64,000 nucleotides of DNA from NCBI GenBank assembly GCA_030390025.1, contig CM059433.1:1054001-1118000 (forward strand), read 5' to 3'. Both the position numbers and the translations under genes were made by a program. The notes under the pieces were generated by a model. It saw only the letters and a program-made list of their open reading frames with translations. It did not search any database and had not been told where the DNA came from. The DNA is from Squalus acanthias (Eukaryota). This document shows positions 34,800 through 48,174 of the stretch, in pieces; within the stretch, counting starts at the first letter, position 1; every line of letters starts with the position of its first letter.

Positions 34800-35897
34800 G
34801 TCAACAATACCACAACCAACGGATCAGATCAAAGCTCTGCAGTCCTGCCACATCCAGTCGTGAATGGTGACGGACAATTAAACAACTATCGGGAGGAGGA
34901 GGCTCCATGAATATCCCCATCCTCAATAATGGTGGAGCCCAGCACGTGAGTGTTAAAGACAAGGCTGAAGTGTTTGCAACCATCTTCAGCCAGAAGTGCT
35001 GAGTGGATGATCCATATCGGCCTCTTCCTGAGGTCCCCACCATCACAGAAGCCAGTTTTCAGCCAATTCGATTCACTCCACGTGATATCAAGAAACGGCT
35101 GAGCGCACTGGATACAGCAAAGGCTAAGGGCCCCGACAACATCCCGGCTGTCGTGCTGACGATTTGTGCTCCAGAACTAGCCGCGCCTCTAGCCAAGCTG
35201 TACCAGTACAGCTACAACACTGGCATTTATCCGACAATGTGGAAACCTGCCCAGGTATGTCCTGTCCACAAAAATCAGGACAAATCGAATCCAGCCAATT
35301 ACCGCTCCACCAGTCTACTCTCAATCATCAGCAAAGTGATGGAAGGTGTCGTCGACAGTGCTATCAAGTGGCACTTACTCACCAATAACCTGCTCACCAA
35401 TGCTCAGTTGGGTTCCGCCAGGACCACTCGGCTCCAGACCTCATTACAGCCTTGGTCCAAACATGGACAAAAGAGCTGAATTCCAGAGGTGAAGGTGAGA
35501 TGAGAGTGACTGCCTTTCACGTCAAGGCAGCATGAAGGAGCCCTTTTAAAATTGAAGTCAATGGGACTCAGGGGGAAACTCTACACTGGCTGGAGTCATA
35601 CCTAGCACAAAGGAAGATGGTTGTGGTTGTTGGAGGCCATGAGTTCAAATACAACCACAGCAGCTGGGGAATTTAAATTCAGTTAATTAAATAAATCTGG
35701 AATAAAAAGATAATATCAGTAATGATGACCATGAAACTACCAGATTGTCGTAAAAACCCATCTGGTTCACTAATGTCCTTTAGGGAAGGAAATCTGCCAT
35801 CCTTCTCTGGTCTGGCCTATATGTGACTCCAGACCCACAGCATCAGCAATTAGGGATGGGCAATAAATGCCGGCCTTGCCAGTGACGCCCACATCCT
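34800..35897 (+). mobile_element. Degenerate shark LINE ORF2 fragment followed by a SINE/LINE tail
   Basis: KAKGPDNIPAVVL, KSNPANYR, SIISKVME; shared 3' tail and poly(A) at 35850-35897. Confidence 0.8.
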
Positions 35898-36139
35898 GTG
35901 AACGAATATAAAAAAAAATGTGAACAGGTCAGTTGTGCTTTGTGTGGAACAGGCCAGAACAGCAAGACTGTTAGATACTGAATGCAGGAAGCCCTATATA
36001 AAAGAGTGGTTCAGGCTGTATGGAGGGAAGTGGCAAAGGCAGTCAGTTTAACCTGCACCACCCTAAAAACTGTCACATAGTGCAGGAAGAGGTTCAATGA
36101 CCTCACAGGGTTAGCCAAGGCAAGTCTAGGCACTAATAT

Positions 36140-36430
36140 GATAGCAAAATACTGCAGATGCTGGAAATCCGAAATAACAATAGAAAACGCTGGAAAAACT
36201 CAGCAGGCGAGGCAGCATCCGTGGAGAGAGAAACAGAGTTAACGTTTCAGGTCGAAGACCTTTCATCAGAACTGGAGACAGCAGGAAATCAAATAGATTT
36301 AAAGCAAGGATAAAGCTGGGAAAAGGGGGAGGGGATAAAAGAACAAAAGGAGAGATTAAGAGAGATTAAGAGACATTAAGAGATATCAAGGCAAGAGGTG
36401 GTGTTAATGTGACAGGTTAAGGCTGAAAGA
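36140..36430 (-). mobile_element. Probable Penelope-like element terminal fragment
   Basis: AAATACTGCAGATGCTGGAAATC...CAGCAGG..AGGCAGCATC...GACCTTTCATCAGAACT, a recalled common shark repeat. Confidence 0.45.
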
Positions 36431-37182
36431 AGTGTGAAATGCAATGGCAGAATGAAGGACAGCTGCCAGCTTCTAGGAGGGAAAAAAAAGTCTAGGCACT
36501 GTTTCCAATACATATCCTTTGCAACTCATACTGCCTTTGCTCACCTCCTTTCCTATCATGCTCTTTCTCTCTCACCACCTGGGCATCAGGGAAACTCATT
36601 AATGCAAAGCCAGCTTCTCAAAACACTCAAGTACCATCTTAACTAACATCCACTGTCGACACACATCGCCTGCCACAAGGGTTTCCTGCATTTAAAGGGA
36701 CACAGAATTCACCCATTCCCATTTTGAAATGGGGCATGTTCGAGACCCGAAATCTATTTATGGAAGTAAAGTGGGACTTCCCAAGTTGAAAGACCTCCCC
36801 CGGCCATCCACTGTCACTACATTCAGGTATTTCGTGTGAAGATTCATAAGTTTTAAGGTTACCGGTTTGTAGTAGTCAATTAAGTAGTGAATAAAACTCC
36901 ATAAACAACACTTCCGCAGATCTTATGATAAGAATAAACATTTTATATTGGGTTTTGCTCTAGCTCATTGCATCTAAAAACGATTGCTATTTCAGGCTTT
37001 CGTATCACTGCTCTTTTTCTCAATTAAAAAGAAAGACTTGCATTTATATAACTCCTTTCATGACCTCAGGATGCCCCAAAGCGCTTTACAGTCAATTAAC
37101 TGCTTTTAAAGGGTAGTCAATGGAGGAAATTATTCGGAGCTGTTTCCATAAATGATCGTTGTCACCTCTAAACCGGAATTTA

Positions 37183-39165
37183 ACATAAGAACATAAGAAC
37201 ATAAGAAATAGGAGCAGGAGTAGACCAATCGGCCCCTCGAGCCTGCTCCGCCATTCAATAAGATCATGGCTGATCTGATCCTAACAGCCAATCTACTATC
37301 TACTATCACAGAACCATCTCCTGCATCTAACAGAATTGCACACACGAAATAGGAGCAGAATCAGGCTACACGGTCCCTGGGCCCGCTCCACTACCCACAG
37401 GGCCATGACCGATCCGAACCTAGACTCATGTCCAAATTCCTGCCCGCTCCCCATAACCCTTAATGCCCTTTACTTCTAGGAAACTGTCTATTTCTGTTTT
37501 AAATTTATTTAATGATGTAGCTTCTACAGCTTCCTGGGGCAGCATATTCCATGGACCTACCACCCTCTGAGTGAAGTAGTTCCTCCTCATCTCAGTTTTG
37601 AAAGAGCAGCCCCTTATTCTAAGACTATGTCCCCTAGTTCTAGTCTCACCCGTCATCGGGAACATCCTCCCCGCATCCACCCGATCCAACCCCTTCACAA
37701 TCTTATATGTTTCAATAAGATCGCCTCTCATTCTTCTGAACTCCAATGAGTAGAGTCCCAATCTACCCAACCTCTCCTCATATGACCACCCCCTCATCCC
37801 CGGGATTAACCGAGTGAACCTTTTTTGCACTGCCTCGAGAGCAAGGATGTCTTTCCTTAAGTAAGGACACCAAAACTGTATGCAGTATTCCAGGTGCGGT
37901 CTCACCAATACCTTGTACAACTGAAGCAATACCTCCCTATTTTTATATTCTATCCCCCTAGCAATGAAAGCCAACATTCCATTTGCCTTCTTAATCACTT
38001 GCTGCACCTGCATACTAACCTTTTGAGTTTCATGCACCAGGACCCCCAGATCCCTTTGCACTTCAGTACTCTCCAGTTTCTTGCCATTAAGATAATAAAT
38101 TGCTCTAGGATTTTTCCTGCCAAAGTGCATCACCTCACATTTTCCAGTGTTGTATTCCATCTGCCAAATCTCTGCCCACTTACTTAGCCTGTCTATGTCC
38201 CTTTGCAGGTTTTTTATGTCCTCCTCACTCACTACTTTCCCTCCCATCTTTGTATCATCTGCAAATTTTGATATGTTACACTTGGTCCCTTCCTCCAAAT
38301 CATTAATATAGATTGTAAAGAGTTGGGGACCCAGCACTGACCCCTGTGGAACACCACTAGTTACTGATTGCCAGTCTGAGAATGAACCATTTATCCCAAC
38401 TCTTTGCTTTCTGTTAGATAGCCAATCCTCTATCCATGCCAGAATATTACCCCCAATCCTATGACTTTTTACCTTAAGCAATAATCTTTTGTGTGGCACC
38501 TTGTCAAATGCCTTTTGGAAGTCTAAATACACTACGTCCACTGGTTCCCCTTTATCCACTCTATATGTTACTTCCTCAAAGAACTCCAGCAAATTTGTCA
38601 AACATGACTTCCCCTTCGTAAAACCATGCTGACTTTGTCCTATTAAATTATGATTATCCAAATGTCCTGTTACTGTTTCCTTAATAATGGACTCCAAAAT
38701 TTTACCTACCACAGATGTTAGGCTAACCGGTCTATAGTTACCAGCCTTCTGTCTACTGCCCTTTTTAAATAAGGGTGTTACATTAGCAGTTTTCCAGTCT
38801 ACCGGGACCTTAGCGGAATCCAGGGAGTTTTGAAAAATTATTACCAATGCATCTACAATCCCTACCGCCACTTCCTTCAAGACTCTAGGATGTAAGCCAT
38901 CAGGTCCAGGTGATTTATCCGCCTTGAGTCCCATTATTTTACCGAGTACCACTTCCTTAGTGATTTTGATCGTGTTTAGCTCCTCTCCCCCTATAGCCCC
39001 CTGTTTGTCCAGTGTTGGGATATTAGTGTCCTCTACTGTAAAGACTGATACAAAATATTCATTCAGTGTTTTTGCCATCTCCATATTTCCCACCATTAAT
39101 TTCCCGGTCTCATCCTCTAAGGGACCAACATTTACTTTAGCAACCCTTTTTCTTTTTATATAACT
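37183..39165 (-). mobile_element. 5'-truncated CR1 LINE with a 556-aa open RT region
   Basis: KSPGPDGLHP, NYRPVSLTS, YLDFQKAFD, GVPQGSVLGP, KFADD; (TTCTTATG)n tail. Confidence 0.95.
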
Positions 39166-39966
39166 GTTTCTTCCATTAATTTGTCCTGTACAGGTTTATG
39201 TGGCACAAGGGTTAATCATTTCCCCATTTGTAATAATCTGTGGGCTGGATTAAAGGTAAGGGGTAACTTCCCAATTTTGTGCTCTGAGCATGGATCCCTA
39301 CATACCCACAGTGCATATCAGTAAAATTCAGGCAACTAGAATAGCATGTGCAACACATTCCCAAATTCCCGATGTGCACTCTGGGCAGGTGAGATTCCCC
39401 GTCAGGAGCAAAAAATTCAAAACAATTACCCCTGTAATCTCATCCTGAATGATCAAATTGGCTGATATTAGTTTTACAGACTACAAAAACTATATATTTA
39501 TTTACAGTTAAATAGAAGTAAAAACAAAAATGCTAACAAACTTGAGATAAATACAATAAGAATAATACAATGCCCCATCACGGGTTAATTGTGCTTTATA
39601 AGAAAGGTCTATTTAGCTTTTAAGATAAAAGAATGGTTACCAGCAAGGTGAGTTCCACCTGTTGGTCTGTACACCGCGCACAGTAACAGCACAACGCCTT
39701 CCTCAAGCAGAGTTTTTGAGGGCGTCTTCTGTCTGAACGATCACCAGAAGTTAAAAGAAATACATTATTTTTGAAGTGACCTCTTTACCACTCAATTTAT
39801 TTGAAGTCAGGTTAGCAGATGATCTTATCAAGAATTGAATTTCTAGATATAAAAGCTAAGTTCAATAAAATGAATACCAACATATGCAAGTGGCATCCGT
39901 TAAGTGGCATTCACACCATCCTGTCTGGAATATCCATTTTTACCACCTAAGATGAACTAACTATAC

Positions 39967-40719
39967 GGGCTGGATTTTCAATGACCCGTGGAGTCGGGTT
40001 TGGAGGCGTGTGGGGGGTTAAAATAGCGAAAGGTGGCGGGCGGACCTGATCCCGATTCCATCCCGCCTCCACACAATTTTGACAAAATCGGTCGCGGGGT
40101 TCCCGACTCCGTCCCGCCTCCAAGAGGTGGGAGAGGCCATTAAAGCCCTTAACAAGCCCTAAATTGGCTCTGTAATGCCAATTTGAAACGTTTTAGCTAG
40201 TTTAACCCTTTTCCGACGTGAAGTACGCCTGATGTGAAACACGCCAGTGAAACCTGGCGGGAGCACAAGTGGATAGCTGACTATCAGCTGCAGGTCCACT
40301 ATTACAACGGAGATGTGATGAAGGTAGTAGTAGTATTAGGTCTGAAAGTCGCCTCTGATGCTGCTGCATTGAATGTCTTCAGAGACTGCCTGGGAGGACT
40401 TGGTTGCAAAAAAAATTCTCATTCTCTCTCTCTCTGAGATGATGCTCATTTTGCATCCAGGTCCTCTCACAGCAAAGGCCAGGCAGTGTCTGAGACCAGG
40501 CAGTGTCCTAAAGCCTTCAAAGCAGCAGCAATGATGACATCATCAGAGGCGACTTTCAGACTGAAACCACTAATTGGTTCATGGGTTCCCACATGCTAGA
40601 ACTCAATTGCCCAATTAAGTGAAAATTCCATCAATCTCCCACATCCAATTGCAGTCGGGTGGATAACACGAAATGTGGATGACACGACCCCAACCCGCCC
40701 CAGTATCAAAATCCAGCCC
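39967..40719. mobile_element. Harbinger-type MITE
   Basis: TIR GGGCTGGATTTT / AAAATCCAGCCC; 3-bp TSD TAC. Confidence 0.8.
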
Positions 40720-41989
40720 TACATGTTTCTAGACATACGGAATACCCGGCACAGACATGATAGGCCGAATGGCCTCTTTCTGTGCCATAAACTTCTATGA
40801 TTCTATGAATAGGCCCACCATTCTGGTTACTGGAAAGCCTGGTATTTATATCAATACAGCCATTGGTAACCAATGTGATCTAGGATTAAAAATCCCCTTT
40901 TGATCTCATGATCTCTGCACATAGCGTCTGAACTATAATTAAAAATGAAACAAGCAAAATCTACACATTTGTGACAACTGGTCCGAAACCCTAACTTCTT
41001 GAGTTGAAGAATTTTTGTTGTCACCTGTCCCCTATGACTCTCCTTTATACTATAGGTTCTGTCTCTATTTGCATATTAATATGGAATGTGAATTGAACTA
41101 TTTCACAAATAGACAATGGCCCGGATTTTGCGTTCAGCAGCGATCGAACGGTGCTCACGGTTCATTACATTTACAGCTGCCCACAGACGTTTTGTGGGCT
41201 TTTGCGCGGCAACTTACGGTCATCGGGAGTCCTAAACAGGGCGGCGCCCTCCCCAGAGGATCTGGGACGTGTGTGAGCAGGGCAAGCAACAGCGTGTCTC
41301 TTCAACCAATCAGATTGAAGAAACCTTACTGAGCCATACCGGGGGTAATTTTAACCACCAAAAAACAGGAACCCAACCTGTCCACTTCGGGTTTAATGGC
41401 GGCGGGATGAGGTTTGTAGAGCATTCCCCACCCGACAGACAGCCAAGCCTGTCAATCAGGCTGGTTTCCAGGCAGGGAATCTGCTCAAAAGAACCATGCA
41501 CACCATGGAGTTAAAACTCCGCGGTCTTCAGGTCCCGACATAAATCCTCCCCCCGCACCCCCGCACCCCCGCTCTGTAACCCGGCCCCAGCCAATATCAG
41601 GGCCACAAGAGTCAATGCAGGAAGTGTAAGTTACTGGGGGTGAAATTCGATTAGGCCTGAAAACGGGCGCAGGGAGCGCGAAGCTCGATGTGCTCACACG
41701 TGTTCAACGTGGTGCAGGCAGCACGCAAAATTCATGCTGCCTGCTCATTGACATGATTGGAGCGCTGAGCTCAGCGCTAAACGTTCTGCTGGTTGGCTCA
41801 GCGCTCAAGAGGGGTGCCGTCTACTGGCCAATAAAATTTGGCCTCGGCTCTCTGCATTACTTAAAGGAGAGGTATTTTGTTGCAGAAGAACCTCATCGTC
41901 ACTCTGCATGCAGCCATGGCTCAACAGGGAAGAGAGAGGGCAAGAAAGGTTCTCAGATGCAGCACTGGAGGCCTTGGGCCTGGGGACGC

Positions 41990-42873
41990 ACAGAAGAAGA
42001 CACGGAGTGCAGCTCGGAACAGAGTGTTAAGCTGCGAGTTTGGTAAGTATGGGAGTTCGGGGAGGGAGGTGTTCCTTTCTTTTTCTATCTTTGTCAGCTT
42101 CCAGGAGAGCAGGAGCTAAAAAGCTGCACAAGAGGGGACAGAGAACCAGCGGGAGTTCGGCTCTGTGACGCCCCCCAACCTCATCTGGAGAAAAATAAAA
42201 GGTGACATCACAAGGAAAAGTGTAAGTGATTGGTTGGTGAGTATTTTGCTCACTTCCCTTATCTTTTAAAACCCAGGAAATTTATTAGTAATTGTAAGGT
42301 TTCATTAGTACTAGTTTACTAGCAGTAATAAATCTTATTAGGTGTAGTAGGGTTTGTTAATTATTAATTAATAAAAAATAAATAAATTAAGACTCAATAA
42401 AGATGGCAGGGCAGGTGATGTTGCGACTGCAGTGTGTGGGAGCTCCTGGACGCCAGTGTGATCCAGGACGAACACGTCTGCGGTAAGTGTCTGCGGCTTG
42501 CGGAGCTTCGGCTCAGAGTTGATGAGCTGGAGGCCGAGCTGCGGACACTGCGATGCATCAGGGAGGGGGAAAGTTACCTGGACACTTTATTCCAGGAGGC
42601 AGTCATACCCCTTAGGATAGGGTCTTCTGATTTGGTCAGTGGACAGGGACAGGAGGATGTGACTGCGAGTGAGGCAGGTATGGGGACCCAGGAGGTGGAG
42701 GAGCCTCAGCCTTTGCAATTGTCCGACAGGTTTAAGGTTCTTGCGGCCTGTATGGATGAAAGCGCTGGCTGCAGGGTGGATGAGCAAACTGACCATGGCA
42801 CCGAGGTACAGGAAGCCATTCAAGCGGGGGGAGTTAATAGGAATGTAGTGGTAATTGGGGACAGCATAGTCAG
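41990..42873 (+). mobile_element. CR1 5' UTR and ORF1 N-terminus (zinc finger/leucine zipper, start of esterase), cut by the LTR insertion
   Basis: HVCGKCLRLAELRLRVDELEAELRTLR, VVVIGDSIV. Confidence 0.85.
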
Positions 42874-43894
42874 TGTAAAGTTTCGCAATTATCGCGATTC
42901 GAAATAACGAGATAGAAGCAGATTCGTTTGATCAGTTTATTTAAACGAAATGCTGTCATGATTAAACAAGACACAGAAGCCTGTAAAATGGCCGCTGCGC
43001 ATCATGGCAGAAGTTTCCAGAAGCACAGTGGGCAGACAAGATGGCGTTCGAATAAACATTTTCGATAAGCACTGATAAAGACAGGATGCAACCTGTTTGC
43101 ATTTGTGACAATAACAAAAGATATGAGTGCTGGAATTGTTTTCCATGCACAAGTAAGGACCATTGTACTGGGCAATCGAAGGCCCATCCAGACACATCAA
43201 TACGCAAATACCCCCACGGCTCTACAATGAGAGAGCCATTCTCGGGTGATTAAACAAGTATTCGGGGGCCCCCAAAACCCAGCCAGGGAGGCTCCTAGCC
43301 GGTTCGACAATGGGGAAAACATTAACGGGTAGTTGGCCAGTCTCAGGTGCTACCGAAACCCGTTAAAGACAAGAATCACCCCATGCTGGGAGTTTTGAGC
43401 GCCAATATTTCACAAAGGACAAACATTAAGATTTGAGCGGGAGATAAGGGAACACAGCACTATAACTATAGTGAACAAATGTCCATCGGTCTCTTGATTC
43501 GACTCTTGACTCGGGCTGAACTCTTGCTTATTATTCTTTTATCTGGCTGATGACTGCTGAACTCTTATTCGCTTGCCGCTTCATGGGCTCGCTTGACTGG
43601 TGAGCTTTTGATTGTCTCTCTGGACTTCTACAACCGTGTCCGAGCACTGTCGAGTTCTTCATGACAACGGGGAGCCCAGCCTGCTTGCAGCAGCAGCGAA
43701 AGTAAACAAGTGGGGTACAGAGACCCCTTCAAACACGTGACAGTCAGGCGCTGCAGCGAAACGAGCCGAGCGCCTCACTTTAAAATTCTCCGAAGTATCA
43801 CGAGTGGTGAGCATGTTTCACGATCCTACAAATCTAGATGTAGTGTAGGTATTGATAGGGGAGGGTGGTTTTATTAAGGATAAAGTATAATGTG
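42874..43894 (+). mobile_element. Truncated LTR of a related, diverged retroviral lineage
   Basis: Starts TGTAAAGTTTCGCAATTATCGCGATT versus TGTAGAATTCGCAATTATCGCGATT; shares blocks AAGCCTGTAAAATGGCCGC, GGCAGACAAGATGGCGTTC, CGAGTGGTGAGCATG and ATTGATAGGGG; U5 end missing. Confidence 0.85.
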
Positions 43895-46800
43895 GACTGC
43901 ACCACCTCGGCCTTGGCGGCAACAGTCTGAGCTGGCTGGCTGACAGGCAACAGCAAGGGCACTGGTGGAGTGGCAGTGGTAGGAAGACGAACGCTGTCAT
44001 CCTGAGAGAGGACATCATGGATCAAAGCCACTCCCCCGGGGCGGTGCCTCAGCATTCCTAGCCATCTGTTGGAGGACAGATAAGCTGGACTTATGTGAGA
44101 CCCTGCTAGCCCCTTTCCACACTCGTAAACCCAGCCATGTTGGCAGCAGTCTGAGCTTGCATGGTAGCACTGAGACATTGGGTCGCTTCCGCCTGTGCTG
44201 CAATGGAAGCTGCGACATCACCCATCACATGCAGCATCATAGTTGGGTCCACAGGAGTCCTAATGGAGTTGCCCATTACTTCCATCCTGGAAATCATGGG
44301 CTCCAAGCTCTGCACAAAGCCCCGTGCAATGTTGGAGCATAACTCCTTCATGCTCTTGACACTGACAAGAGGCTCTCTAACAGGCTTTCCGTTGCACCTA
44401 GCATTTCTGTGTGCAAGCCCATCATGTTTCTTCTGAACGCTGCCCCATCAAGGTCATCATCAGAGTCCTGTGCAGCAGAACCTGTGCGCAAACTTGCCCT
44501 CCGGAGAGCAGGCCCCCGAGCTACCCTTCCCCCTGGCCTGGTTGCAGCCCACTCGTGCCCGGTGACTCACCACGTGCAGTTCCCATCTCTCTACTACCCT
44601 CTAAGGTCTGCGCAGTGCCATTTTCTGAGCTGCTGCCTGCGAGTGTCAGATGGAGTGATGGTGCCTCTTCTCCTTCACTCTCCTCCTCCATAACTTTGGG
44701 GACAGGTTGGGCCTGTGGGACTTCTTGAGTATCTGAAAGGAGAAAGGCACAAGGGTCAGGTTGTGGGGGGAAAGCAAGGTATCCATGGATCAGCAGATTG
44801 TAAGTGAGAAGAGATTGTGGGATGAGGGGGAAGTGGGATGTGCGAAGAAGGATTAGGTATGAGCGTACCATCATCCTCAGCAATGCTTTCAACATTGCCG
44901 CTCACAACGGCATCAGTGACGGCCCCTCCAATTATCTCTAGCACTATGTCCTCTAGCTCCGTGAGGTTGTGAAGTCGGGCTTCTGATCTGCTGCTGCTCC
45001 CTCCTGTTTTGAGCCACCTTTGCCTGCAAGAGAAAGGGAAGTGTGTCGGTGAATGTGGTGCAACGTGTTTGGGTGATGTGCCTGTCACGGTTGAATAGCT
45101 GTCAGTGTGTGCAAGGTGTGAGATATGGGTGTGAATGTTGCAGCAGTGGGAAGTGTATGACTTCATCCAGGCTGACAATGAGGTGCTTCTGCAACAAAGC
45201 ACCTCCCCTTTAACTAGTGCAGGGAGCCTCGGCCAAACTTTATTGGCCGGTAGACTGCACTTGATATTGACCCCCTGTTGAACACTAAGCCAAACAGCAG
45301 CGCGTTTAGCACTGAGATCAACGCTCCAATCATTATAATAAGCAGGCAGCACGAATTTTGGATGCTGCCTGCACCACTTTGAATGGGCGCGGGCTCACTG
45401 CGCTTCGTGCTTCCTGCACCTGTTTTTAGGCTTTATCCAATTTCACCCCCTCGAGTTTTGGTAGAGCGAATAGGGAGAGACAATTCCTCTGGTTGGAGAG
45501 TCAGTGACAAGGGGTTATCAATTTAAAATTAGCATCAAGACAACAGGGAGAGAGGTTAGGAGAAATTTCTTATGCAGTGTGTTGTTGAAGTATGGAATGC
45601 TTATTGTTGAAGCATGGAATGCCACATTCTACCCTTCCGACACCGATAATCAAACCATTTCAATGCCACATTAGCCAAAATTCCTTTAAATTCTTCCCTC
45701 TAACAAATGAATCACTTGACTTGTGCAAATAAGCACAGGCATGAGCCTATAAGCAAAAATAAACAGTGCTGTTGTATTAAAAGGTGGAAAGCGAGATCTA
45801 AGAGTAAGTTCCATTGTGAAATGTGCAGGCATTGAATACTTTAGGCAAAATGATCTGTTTAGCAAAAATGTCCTTGCCCGGATTTTGCTGGAGGAGATCA
45901 TGCCCCATTAGTTAGACTTCTTCCCTCACCCTTCAGCTCAACACGGTTTCGCCCCGTAAGTTGCTGGAAGTGTGAGCTGATCATGATAAATGGGGCATCT
46001 GGGACCTTGGTGAACAATGGGCCCAAAAGTCTACCTCCTGAATCAATGAGATTCAAGGATTGAGAAAGAAACAGAGGAATAACGGAGAAGGAGGCTGAAT
46101 TAGATCAAATCAGGTACAGAAAGAGAAAGAAAGATTGGATTAAGAGAGAGAAAAGAGACAGAAAGGAAAAGTAAGAAAAAAATGTAAAGTTTAAAATTTG
46201 AGATTTTAAAAATTTCTGAGAAGAATATGCTACATGCAGGAATGAGATTGAACAGTTTAAATTGTTCCCCTCCTAGGCCGGAGAGGTTGATTTGCATTGC
46301 ATTAACAATTATCACGTTGTTAAAAGTATACTTCTGCTCTTAATTATGAGCCCTAACTGCAGCAAGTTTAATGGCAATTAATGTGCAAATCCAGCAAGTT
46401 CTTAAAAATAATGGGGAGTTTGAAGGCGAGATAACGGGCTGGATTTTACTCACCGAGACGCGTTGGGGGCGGGACTGCTGCCTTCCGGGTTCTAGTCCCG
46501 CCCCCAGCGACGTCCGACGCACAGACTCTATTTTCCCCTGATTGGCCTTGTTAAGCCCGCCCTGCGGGCTTGCTGGCCAATTAAGGGAAAGCTGGTGTCA
46601 GATGACGTCAGTTGATGACGCTTCATCTGCTGGTTTTCTTAAAGGCACATGAACCATAAATTTTTGACAGATGATTTCACAGTGTTTGACAGCATTGAGG
46701 TGCTGTCAAATACTGACAACCACTGTACACAGGTGAGCCCTTGCACCCAGGGTCTCCAGTAACTCTCTCCTTAGGATGAAACAGATGGCAGCTGCAGGTG

Positions 46801-47329
46801 AGGGTACAGAAGCGATCTGTCACTTCACCCATTGAGGTGAGGCCACACAAATACTTCAAACCTTGTAACCTACAGAAAAATCTAAACACATTAAAAATGA
46901 CATTTCCAACATTTCCTTACCTCTGATACTCACCAGTGTCCCACTGCATCCTTCACACCACTTCTACAGCTGTCATCTATACACCAACATAACAACAGAC
47001 CCACAGCATGCCTCACTTACCCTGACGGGGTTCCCCGATGTCGGGAAACCCACAGCAGAAGTCTAAAAATTGGAAAAAGCCTCTTAACTGCCTGTTAACA
47101 GGCAGTTAAGTGGCTATAATCCTCTTCCCACCGCTAGGAGTCAGGTCCCTGCGCAAATCGGGGACCCGACCCCCAGGAAGATTGGTTGGAGGTGGGTTGG
47201 GAGCGGGTTCGGGACCCATTCCCATTCTTTTTGACTTTCTCAGCAGTCCCGCCTCCAAACCCGCCTCCTCAGGGCTGGTAAGAACCAGCCGAACGATTTT
47301 GTGAGGCTAATGACGGAGTGGTGTAAATC

Positions 47330-47985
47330 AAGTCCTTCCTAAATGTCATGTACCCTTCAATATTCAGGTCCCAATCTATGTCATCATGCAGCCATGTTTC
47401 TGTAATGGCTATCAGATCGTATTTATTTATTTCTATTTGCGCTATCAGTTCATCTGTTTTGTTTCGAATGCTACGTGTATTCAGATGCAGAGCCTTTAGT
47501 TTTGTCCTTTTATTATTTTTGTAACCTCTAGCCTTATCTGTTGATTTACTCTTCGATTTGTACTCTCTATCCCTTCCTGTCACGGTCTGTTTATCATTTC
47601 CCATATTAATACCTTTCTCTCTTGCCTTGTCTCTACTCTTTCATTTACCACATCTTCCCAAATTTGATTCCATGCCCCCACTATTTAGTTTAAAGCCCTC
47701 TCTACTGCCCTAGTTATATGACTCGCCAGAACACTGGTCCCAGCACGGTTCAGGTGAAGACTGTCCCAACGATACAGATCCCACTTTCCCCAGTACTGGT
47801 GCCAGTGCCCCAGGAATCGAAACCCATTTCTCCCACACCAGTCTTTGAGCCAAGCATTCATCTCTCTAATTTTATTTACCCTATGCCAATTTGCTCGTGG
47901 CTCAGGTAATAATGCAGACATTATGACCCTTGAGGTTCTGCTTTTTAATTTAGCCCCTAGCTGCTCAAACTCTCTCAGCAGAACT
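47330..47985 (-). mobile_element. CR1 ORF1 esterase / ORF2 endonuclease junction fragment (copy at about 50173-50826)
   Basis: MNAWLKDWC...DSLHLNRAG and LNTRSIRNK...IAITETWL. Confidence 0.88.
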
Positions 47986-48174
47986 GTGATATGTTGTCTC
48001 AGCACGTTTGCTTGTGACATGGATGGCAAAACTGCTGTCTGGTTAGGTTGCAATGGGACTGCAGTGAATATCTGAAATTGCATTCTGTACCTGTTAGGAG
48101 CATCACAGGAAATTCACTGGGGGTTCATGTAACTGAAACAAAGCTAAGCTAAGGGAGTGCGTGGTGTGCTGATA

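Larger units (their letters stand above)
41636..45450. mobile_element. Harbinger-type element with long (about 200 bp) imperfect TIRs, carrying nested CR1 and LTR fragments and a Myb/SANT-gene remnant
   Basis: GGGGGTGAAATT...GGTGCAGGCAGCA..AAAATTCATGCTGCCTGC mirrored at 45240-45450; remnant similar to 8100-8500. Confidence 0.75.
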
